Virus genome (UHGV): UHGV-0121640
Direction: 5' to 3' (one strand)
DNA: 13,294 nucleotides
From: a virus
Part shown: positions 7,343 to 13,294 of the stretch, piece after piece
Position numbering within the stretch: position 1 is the first letter of the stretch
Layout of the letters: each line of letters opens with the position of its first letter
Position numbers and translations under genes: made by a program
Notes under the pieces: model-generated
Databases searched by the model: none
The model's input: only the letters and a program-made list of their open reading frames with translations
What the model was told of the DNA's origin: nothing

Positions 7343-7401
7343 GCGCTACGTAAAATCTGCGAAATGTTGGCAGTGTTAGTGCTCCAGATTTCGCGTAGCG
7401 C
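7343..7401. repeat. 17-bp imperfect inverted repeat GCGCTACGTAAAATCTG ... CAGATTTCGCGTAGCGC (15 Watson-Crick + 1 G-T over 17) separated by 25 bp
   Basis: Pairing checked base by base; lies 35 bp upstream of the 7435 ORF. Confidence 0.55.
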
Positions 7402-7434
7402 ACTTAGCACCACCTAATCAATCAGAGGTGAAAA

Positions 7435-7656
7435 ATGGGATATTCAGCTGCTAAAGTGTCCACTCATCTTGAGCTTGAGAAAAACCGTGGTTACTGGCGG
7501 GCAAAAGGGTTTGATCGTGATAGTTGTCAACTGTCATTATCGCGCGGTGAAGAGAAAATAGAACGCACGCGCGGTCGCTGGCGTTTCTATGACGAGAACC
7601 ATAAACAGGTAAAGGCAGAGCCGATCCTGTACACTTTACTTAAAACCATTATCTGA
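7435..7656 (+). CDS. Hypothetical 73-aa basic protein between loxP and cre; stop 8 nt before cre ATG
   Basis: SD GAGGTG 4 nt upstream of ATG; ORF fills the loxP-cre gap. I cannot tell whether it is expressed. Confidence 0.35.
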   Translation: MGYSAAKVSTHLELEKNRGYWRAKGFDRDSCQLSLSRGEEKIERTRGRWRFYDENHKQVKAEPILYTLLKTII

Positions 7657-7663
7657 GTGTTAA

Positions 7664-8695
7664 ATGTCCAATTTACTGACCGTACACCAAAATTTGCCTG
7701 CATTACCGGTCGATGCAACGAGTGATGAGGTTCGCAAGAACCTGATGGACATGTTCAGGGATCGCCAGGCGTTTTCTGAGCATACCTGGAAAATGCTTCT
7801 GTCCGTTTGCCGATCGTGGGCGGCATGGTGCAAGTTGAATAACCGGAAATGGTTTCCCGCAGAACCTGAAGATGTTCGCGATTATCTTCTATATCTTCAG
7901 GCGCGCGGTCTGGCAGTAAAAACTATCCAGCAACATTTGGGCCAGCTAAACATGCTTCATCGTCGGTCCGGGCTGCCACGACCAAGTGACAGTAATGCTG
8001 TTTCACTGGTCATGCGACGGATCCGAAAAGAAAACGTTGATGCCGGTGAACGTGCAAAACAGGCACTGGCGTTCGAACGCACTGATTTCGACCAGGTTCG
8101 TTCACTCATGGAAAATAGCGATCGCTGCCAGGATATACGTAATCTGGCATTTCTTGGGATTGCTTATAATACCCTGCTACGTATAGCAGAAATTGCCAGG
8201 ATCAGGGTTAAAGATATCTCACGTACTGACGGTGGGAGAATGTTAATCCATATTGGCAGAACGAAAACGCTGGTTAGCACCGCTGGTGTAGAGAAGGCAC
8301 TTAGCCTGGGGGTAACTAAACTGGTTGAGCGATGGATTTCTGTCTCTGGTGTGGCTGATGATCCGAATAACTACTTGTTTTGCCGTGTCAGAAAAAATGG
8401 TGTTGCCGCGCCATCTGCCACCAGCCAGCTATCAACTCGCGCCCTGGAAGGGATTTTTGAAGCAACTCATCGATTGATTTACGGCGCTAAGGATGACTCT
8501 GGTCAGAGATACCTGGCCTGGTCTGGACACAGTGCCCGTGTCGGAGCCGCGCGAGATATGGCCCGCGCCGGAGTTTCAATACCGGAGATCATGCAAGCTG
8601 GTGGCTGGACCAACGTAAATATTGTCATGAACTATATCCGTAACCTGGATAGTGAAACGGGGGCAATGGTGCGCCTGCTGGAAGATGGCGATTAG
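7664..8695 (+). CDS. cre: Cre tyrosine recombinase, 343 aa
   Basis: Translation MSNLLTVHQNLPALPVDATSDEVRKNLMDMFRDRQAFSEHTWKMLLSVCRSWAAWCKLNNRKWFPAEPEDVRDYLLYLQARGLAVKTIQ... ends ...MVRLLEDGD; canonical Cre as recalled. Confidence 0.97.
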   Translation: MSNLLTVHQNLPALPVDATSDEVRKNLMDMFRDRQAFSEHTWKMLLSVCRSWAAWCKLNNRKWFPAEPEDVRDYLLYLQARGLAVKTIQQHLGQLNMLHRRSGLPRPSDSNAVSLVMRRIRKENVDAGERAKQALAFERTDFDQVRSLMENSDRCQDIRNLAFLGIAYNTLLRIAEIARIRVKDISRTDGGRMLIHIGRTKTLVSTAGVEKALSLGVTKLVERWISVSGVADDPNNYLFCRVRKNGVAAPSATSQLSTRALEGIFEATHRLIYGAKDDSGQRYLAWSGHSARVGAARDMARAGVSIPEIMQAGGWTNVNIVMNYIRNLDSETGAMVRLLEDGD

Positions 8696-8712
8696 CCGTT
8701 CATTTGCGCTTG

Positions 8713-8729
8713 ATTGCTCTAATTATTTG
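8713..8729 (+). promoter_or_regulatory. C1 operator-like site ATTGCTCTAATTATTTG (14/17) directly downstream of cre
   Basis: Direct consensus match. Confidence 0.45.
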
Positions 8730-8745
8730 ATATTTATGGTGACGC

Positions 8746-9057
8746 ATGCGGAAGGATTTCAAAATAGACGGAAAATATGTGGTGCTGTCTGTAAGCTCTC
8801 AAATTCAGTCACCATCTGTCATTGTCACCGTAAAGTTGAGCGATAGGATGCCTGATATCGACTCGATATCTGTTGCGTTCCCCGTTAAAAGCATGCGGAG
8901 TGCTGAACATTTTGTGATGAATGCAACGGAGGAGGAAGCGCGGCGCGGGCTTACTAGAGTGATGGTGGAATTTGGCGAACTCCTGGGTAAGGTAAACAAT
9001 GCCCTTTCAATCAGTTCAGCAAGATCCAAAGCGTTAACAGCTTCCATGATGAAATAA
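8746..9057 (+). CDS. Hypothetical 103-aa protein downstream of cre (cra-like position); true start may be an internal Met
   Basis: ORF in track; weak SD at the 8746 start; operator immediately upstream. Confidence 0.35.
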   Translation: MRKDFKIDGKYVVLSVSSQIQSPSVIVTVKLSDRMPDIDSISVAFPVKSMRSAEHFVMNATEEEARRGLTRVMVEFGELLGKVNNALSISSARSKALTASMMK

Positions 9058-9062
9058 AAAAA

Positions 9063-9081
9063 GCCTGGCAAGGAGCCAGGC
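9063..9081 (-). terminator. Hairpin GCCTGGC-aagga-GCCAGGC preceded on the plus strand by an A-run, i.e. oriented as an intrinsic terminator for minus-strand transcription
   Basis: 7-bp perfect stem; the U-run exists only on the minus strand. Confidence 0.35.
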
Positions 9082-9188
9082 TGCACAAAAGAGCGGGTTT
9101 GTATTCCGCATCCAATCAATCAAGAAGGAGTATAGCACACAGGTACTGAAGTGAAAAAATGTGATTCGCGATTAACAAAATATCTACC

Positions 9189-9218
9189 ATTGCTCTAATT
9201 GATTGCTATAATTAAGCC
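9189..9218 (+). promoter_or_regulatory. Tandem overlapping C1 operator-like sites ATTGCTCTAATTGATTG (14/17) and ATTGCTATAATTAAGCC (12/17) upstream of ref
   Basis: Direct match; ref is a C1-repressed gene in P1 (recalled). Confidence 0.55.
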
Positions 9219-9272
9219 GCAGTTTTTGTCAACTACGAAGACGTTGCCATTACTTAACTCCTTGACATCATT

Positions 9273-9300
9273 GGCGGCCATTAGGCCGCCTTTTTTTTTT
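9273..9300 (+). terminator. Strong intrinsic terminator GGCGGCC-atta-GGCCGCC + T10, ending 5 nt before the ref ATG
   Basis: Hairpin and U-run read directly. Confidence 0.6.
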
Positions 9301-9305
9301 GCCAT

Positions 9306-9866
9306 ATGAAAACAATCGAACAAAAACTTGAACAGCGCCGCGAGTGGCAGAAGGCAGCCAGAGAACGAGCGATCGCTCGGCAACGGGAAAAGTTGGCTGA
9401 CCCCGCCTGGCGAGAATCGCAATATCAGAAAATGCGGGATTCTATCGTCCGCCGTATCGCTAAACAGAAAGAGCGCCCACCAGCCAGCAAAACGCGGAAA
9501 AGTGCGGTAAAGATAAAATCTCGTGGCTTGAAGGGGCGAACATCGACAGCGGAGGAACGGAGCATCGCCAATGCTCTTGGCGCTCTCCCCTGCATTGCCT
9601 GCTACATGCATGGAGTAATATCTGAAGAGGTATCTCTGCACCATATCTCCGGTCGTACCGCGCCGGGTTGTCACAAAAAGCAATTGCCCCTTTGTAGATG
9701 GCACCACCAGCATGCAGCACCGGCTGAAGTAAGAGAAAAATACCCCTGGCTGGTCCCTGTTCATGCCGATGGTGTGGTTGGAGGCAAGAAAGAATTCACC
9801 TTGCTGAACAAGTCAGAGATGGAGTTGCTGGCTGACGCCTATGAGATGGCAAACATCATGCACTAA
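9306..9866 (+). CDS. ref: Ref, recombination enhancement function (HNH-type endonuclease), 186 aa
   Basis: Translation MKTIEQKLEQRREWQKAARERAIARQREKL... with C-terminal Cys/His cluster (CIACYMHG...HHISGRT...CHKKQLPLCRWHHQH) typical of HNH; matches P1 Ref as recalled. Confidence 0.88.
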   Translation: MKTIEQKLEQRREWQKAARERAIARQREKLADPAWRESQYQKMRDSIVRRIAKQKERPPASKTRKSAVKIKSRGLKGRTSTAEERSIANALGALPCIACYMHGVISEEVSLHHISGRTAPGCHKKQLPLCRWHHQHAAPAEVREKYPWLVPVHADGVVGGKKEFTLLNKSEMELLADAYEMANIMH

Positions 9867-10017
9867 TAAATATATTATTTTTAATCTGAAATAATTGACA
9901 ACTGACAAGTGACTTCAGTCAGAATCATCACATGCCCGGTACGGATGGATCCCTTTTCAAATATTCCATGGACGGCACAGTCTGAGTACCGGGCGCTACC
10001 TTCAGTTGTATTGCTAA

Positions 10018-10043
10018 GCCGCCGCTGGTGGCTTTTCTTTTTT
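10018..10043 (+). terminator. Hairpin (8 bp incl. one G-U, 3-nt loop) followed by TTTTCTTTTTT, upstream of the mat-like start
   Basis: Read directly; lies inside the 9909-start ORF extension, arguing for the shorter start. Confidence 0.4.
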
Positions 10044-10055
10044 GTAGGGGGCGCT

Positions 10056-10697
10056 ATGGATAAGAAAATATGCGTTGTTTCGATGAGCGTCGGCAAACCG
10101 GCGTCAATGACTGCTGCATGGATCAACAATGAGCTAATAATGGCTGAGCGGACCAGCTACCCTGAACGCCGTCGCGATATGGAACTCCAGCTGCTGCGCG
10201 AATTGCGAGAAAAAGAGGAAAAGGGTTTTATCGTGCTGGTGGAAGAGGAAAACAGCTTTATTACTGGTCGAGTTGGCCAGCGTGTAAGGTTGCGCGATCC
10301 CTTCATGAACGGCAGGCCGGTACTAATTGAGGCAATGCAGATTTATAAGGAGCTGGAACGCCAGAAAGCAATCAAGTTACCGCGCAAGGAATCCGGCAAA
10401 TACATCCTCCACCAAAGCATCTTCGATTCCGAACACGACAAAAAAGGCGATGAATTTTTCAACATCAACTGGAGCGAAATAACGACAGAGCATGTTCTGA
10501 CGTTACTATGTTGCTTTGCGACGGAATACAACAACGTTGCCAGCGCAGACTACATCAGGGCAATGGCTGGAGAAGTTGAGGCACGCCAGGAACCATCGTT
10601 ACTAAGCCCTCTGATTAACATAATTCGCGGAACCCAAACGCTGGCACAAAAACAGGTGCCTAAGGGAGTATTAACAGGAAAAGGAAATTATCTATAA
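10056..10697 (+). CDS. Hypothetical 213-aa protein in the position of P1 mat (particle maturation); track start 9909 (GTG) probably too far upstream
   Basis: ATG 10056 has SD AGGGGG 5 nt upstream; N-terminal extension from 9909 is hydrophobic and low-complexity and contains a terminator-like hairpin. Confidence 0.5.
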   Translation: MDKKICVVSMSVGKPASMTAAWINNELIMAERTSYPERRRDMELQLLRELREKEEKGFIVLVEEENSFITGRVGQRVRLRDPFMNGRPVLIEAMQIYKELERQKAIKLPRKESGKYILHQSIFDSEHDKKGDEFFNINWSEITTEHVLTLLCCFATEYNNVASADYIRAMAGEVEARQEPSLLSPLINIIRGTQTLAQKQVPKGVLTGKGNYL

Positions 10698-10753
10698 ACG
10701 TCAATGCATTAGGGTATACTTCTCCGTAGAACTATAAGTAAATGGAGTAAGTA

Positions 10754-12058
10754 ATGAGCGAGTATATAGAAATTGCCTATGCAGCAGCTACACATAGGCT
10801 GTGCTTTCTTACAGGCACTGGATTTTCAAAGGCTGTTTCTGATGATAAAGCCCCAAGTTGGCAATCTTTATTGGAGCAACTGTGCGGTTTATTGAAGGAT
10901 GGTGACTCACTCAAAGAGGAATTATTTCCTGATGGAAAAGCAAAAGACCTTAGCCTTGAAGAGGCTGCTCAGGTTATTGCACTAAAATTTATACTTTCGG
11001 GGAAAAATATTTACCAGGAGATTGAGAAAATCATAGCCTCAATCGAACTTGATCCATCAATTGAATATATTCAAGACTTTTTCAAAGAAAACACATTTAA
11101 AGTAATTACGACAAATTATGACAAGTTAGCAGAAAAACTGGCTGGAGAGAATCGAACGTGTACAATCACCCCCGGCCTGCCAATTCCAAAATATAATTGT
11201 GAGGTTAAAGTCTACCATGTTCACGGCTCTATAGACTCCCCATCAGATATGGTTGTTACTAGCGAGGATTATTTCAGATTTATAAATGGTAATTCTTACT
11301 TTTCAAATAAACTAAGCACAGTTCTACATGAAAACACTATTGTTATTCTTGGCTATTCTCTAAGTGACGCGAACCTCAAGGCGATTATAAATGAATATAA
11401 GGTATTTTCACGGGACAACGTAATGTCCTCCAATATTTTCCTTATTTCCCGAGGGAAACTATTGCAACCTATTAAAGATTACTATTTTTCCTGCTTTGGG
11501 ATTAGGGTTATAGATAAAACAGAGGTGTCTGATTTCTTTAGAAAACTTAACAAGAAAATTCCAGAAGCAAAAAAAATAAAAGACAAATTGAGGCACTCAA
11601 TCAAATCGGTAATAAAAAACGGAAGAGAGTATAAAATAGAGTTCTTGAAGTTAGAGGATTCTTTTTATCATATCATTTCCTCCATTTCATCATCTGGATA
11701 TAGCTGGAATGATGAAAAGGTATTAAATGTTTTTTGTGATATAATAGATAAAAAAATAGATCTTACTAAAGAGTCTGGCGCATGGGAGCAGTATGAACAC
11801 CTGGCAAAATGGCTTATTTATTTCGGTAGTTTATTTGAAGTAAAAGGAACCAACTTTGAGAAAAAATACATACATGCGGTTGAACACTCAATGACTTATA
11901 TGAATAAACCTTACGAAACAGGCTACTCATGGCGAGCATATCTAGCCTGGAAAACAAAATGGCCTTCACTGACAGCATCTAACCGCTCTCTTATTAAGAG
12001 TAAGATGGAAGAAATCCCGCTACAACAGATTCACGATATTATATCTAAGTTTATATAG
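10754..12058 (+). CDS. SIR2-family (sirtuin-like, DHS-like NAD-binding fold) protein, 434 aa: N-terminal predicted NADase domain + unassigned C-terminal domain of about 180 aa; candidate defense effector
   Basis: Motif series FLTGTGFS, TTNYDKLAEK, YHVHGS, VILGYSLSDANL in the order and spacing seen in ThsA/DSR-type SIR2 domains; SD GGAG 7 nt before ATG; gene visibly AT-rich versus flanks. Confidence 0.8.
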   Translation: MSEYIEIAYAAATHRLCFLTGTGFSKAVSDDKAPSWQSLLEQLCGLLKDGDSLKEELFPDGKAKDLSLEEAAQVIALKFILSGKNIYQEIEKIIASIELDPSIEYIQDFFKENTFKVITTNYDKLAEKLAGENRTCTITPGLPIPKYNCEVKVYHVHGSIDSPSDMVVTSEDYFRFINGNSYFSNKLSTVLHENTIVILGYSLSDANLKAIINEYKVFSRDNVMSSNIFLISRGKLLQPIKDYYFSCFGIRVIDKTEVSDFFRKLNKKIPEAKKIKDKLRHSIKSVIKNGREYKIEFLKLEDSFYHIISSISSSGYSWNDEKVLNVFCDIIDKKIDLTKESGAWEQYEHLAKWLIYFGSLFEVKGTNFEKKYIHAVEHSMTYMNKPYETGYSWRAYLAWKTKWPSLTASNRSLIKSKMEEIPLQQIHDIISKFI

Positions 12059-12066
12059 TATATTTA

Positions 12067-12095
12067 TCTCCGGCCTAATCTCCCTAGGCCGGAGA
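12067..12095. terminator. Hairpin TCTCCGGCC-taatctcccta-GGCCGGAGA between convergent SIR2-like gene and lxc-like gene; possible bidirectional terminator
   Basis: 9-bp perfect stem read directly; downstream TTCTT on the plus strand. Confidence 0.45.
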
Positions 12096-12099
12096 GTTC

Positions 12100-12348
12100 T
12101 TAATCAGCATTCAGGAGCAATGCGTTATCTATGATGATCTGCTCCCATTCCTCGAATGCCCGATCGCGGACGCCCTGGGGAACGCTGTTAGTTTTGAAAT
12201 CGACGACCGTCCGCCATTTTCCGTCCGGACGGTACATGCGCAGAGCTTTACTTCCCCCTTCCCTGCGCACCTCAACGTTATGCTTGTCAGCAAACTCTTG
12301 TAATGCTCGTAGCGTCCCATGCTTTACTGTGTAGTATCGCTTTTTCAA
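12100..12348 (-). CDS. 82-aa protein, TTG start overlapping upstream stop (TTGA); lxc/bof-like position (C1 corepressor) by synteny
   Basis: ORF in track; size and position match recalled P1 lxc (bof); sequence identity not verified. Confidence 0.45.
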   Translation of the reverse strand: MKKRYYTVKHGTLRALQEFADKHNVEVRREGGSKALRMYRPDGKWRTVVDFKTNSVPQGVRDRAFEEWEQIIIDNALLLNAD

Positions 12349-12785
12349 GTTTTCTCTCCAGCCTGTGCTAAGGCTTCAACTTCCAAATCGTAAGACTCAA
12401 ACTCATAGTCCTGGTCGTCAACCTCTTCAGGCACTGGCAGTAAATGCCAGGCTGAGTATATCTGACCATTATCAAAACGCTCCTGGCTGTAGAGCGTCGC
12501 GGCTATGAGTGTTAGCGCCGGGCGGTCATAACGGTAAATTTTGCGAACGTCACGGTCAACGAGACGACCGAAATTACCATAACCGCGCTCCAGTAATAAT
12601 TTTTTAATTTCCGGCCAGTATGGACCATAGCTGCGGTACAGGCGGGGATTTTTCAGTAATCGCCCGCGTAGCCCTGACAGGAAGAAATCAACGTATTCGT
12701 CTTCTGTCTTTCCTAACAACGCTGTACGGAGTACCGCCTCAAGATATGTTTTATTCGGTTTTATTGTATCAGATAGTGTGGCCAT
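12345..12785 (-). CDS. Hypothetical 146-aa protein; ulx-like position upstream of the lxc-like gene
   Basis: ORF in track with coding-like composition; synteny only. Confidence 0.45.
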   Translation of the reverse strand: MATLSDTIKPNKTYLEAVLRTALLGKTEDEYVDFFLSGLRGRLLKNPRLYRSYGPYWPEIKKLLLERGYGNFGRLVDRDVRKIYRYDRPALTLIAATLYSQERFDNGQIYSAWHLLPVPEEVDDQDYEFESYDLEVEALAQAGEKT

Positions 12786-12818
12786 ATTATGCGACGCCCG
12801 GCGAACCGGGCGCTCCTG

Positions 12819-13253
12819 TTATGCGTATTGTTGGATGACGGCCAGAACGTCCGCCACGTTGTGTTTTGTCTCGATAATCCACCAGTTACCCGGGAAATCG
12901 CTGTTCTTCGCCTTCGCTGGCAGCCAGCGAGCGCCGAATTTCGCCTTGATTGCGTCTTTCGCACGGAAAAGAACGCCTTTCATGCCTGAGGCTTCCTGAA
13001 GCCCAAATACCTCGCCAGCGGCGAATTTTGGTGCGTACATCATCTTCAGGTCGGCGGTGGATACGCGATAATTCAGACCAAGAGACTGAGCTATGCTGGT
13101 GGCATCACCCTGTATTGATGATAACTCTTCTTGTTTCTCGTTTCTGGCGGCAATCTCTTCCTCCGTGATGTTGCCAAGGGCCAGGTTTATCCGATCAGCG
13201 TCGGCCTGTTTCTCTTCATCGGTGCGCCCGGCAAGAACCGGTGATGCTGCCAA
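12819..13253 (-). CDS. Hypothetical 144-aa protein, TTG start; function unknown
   Basis: ORF in track; in-frame stop 3 codons upstream of the TTG so not a longer gene; no family recognised. Confidence 0.35.
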   Translation of the reverse strand: MAASPVLAGRTDEEKQADADRINLALGNITEEEIAARNEKQEELSSIQGDATSIAQSLGLNYRVSTADLKMMYAPKFAAGEVFGLQEASGMKGVLFRAKDAIKAKFGARWLPAKAKNSDFPGNWWIIETKHNVADVLAVIQQYA

Positions 13254-13294
13254 CTTACTGATTTAGTGTATGATGGTGTTTTTGAGGTGCTCCA

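Noticed and set aside
8805-9119. Minus-strand 104-aa ORF overlapping the post-cre ORF
   Set aside because: Contains the 9063-9081 hairpin and lacks an SD; the plus-strand ORF behind the C1 operator is preferred, though neither is certain.
9195-9764. Minus-strand 189-aa and 86-aa ORFs antisense to ref
   Set aside because: Shadow ORFs of ref; they would start inside the operator/terminator region.
9909-10055. Longer GTG start for the mat-like gene
   Set aside because: The extension contains a terminator-like hairpin and has a hydrophobic low-complexity translation; ATG 10056 has a good SD.
12129-12334. Overlapping 63-aa and 67-aa ORFs at the lxc-like locus
   Set aside because: Alternative-frame shadows of the 82-aa ORF.
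12620-13168. Several 66-73-aa plus-strand ORFs across the ulx-like and 144-aa genes
   Set aside because: Antisense shadows; Arg/Cys-rich translations typical of non-coding frames.
1-13294. CRISPR array, IS element or integron
   Set aside because: No regular repeat-spacer array, no transposase-like ORF and no terminal inverted repeats seen; the IS1 present in P1 is not in this window.

Overview
This window reads as the immunity/recombination end of a P1-family phage-plasmid, all on a backbone of roughly balanced GC. Recognised directly from the translations: the phd-doc addiction module (183-784), C1 repressor (5658-6509, minus) with coi (6620-6829, minus), a perfect 34-bp loxP (7211-7244), Cre (7664-8695) and the Ref HNH endonuclease (9306-9866). 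At least seven copies of the 17-bp C1 operator consensus (ATTGCTCTAATAAATTT, from memory) sit in front of the early genes. Two regions do not match what I remember of P1. (1) Between a mat-like gene and an lxc/ulx-like pair, where P1 carries its Type III restriction-modification genes res/mod, there is a visibly AT-rich 1.3-kb gene (10754-12058) encoding a 434-aa protein with an N-terminal SIR2-family NADase motif series and an unassigned ~180-aa C-terminal domain, with no partner gene. This is the best candidate for an undescribed single-gene anti-phage system. (2) Where P1 has pacA/pacB, there is a C1-operator-controlled 284-aa ORF, a terminase-large-subunit-like ORF that has only the nuclease half (no Walker A), and an immI-type module: operator, structured tRNA-like RNA candidate with complementarity to downstream targets, a 73-aa GTG-start ORF, and an ORF6N+KilAC antirepressor with a nested internal start. 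I found no P1-type pac hexamer cluster in the packaging-like ORFs. All calls come from reading the sequence and recalled family knowledge; no searches were run, and gene order in P1 is recalled rather than checked.
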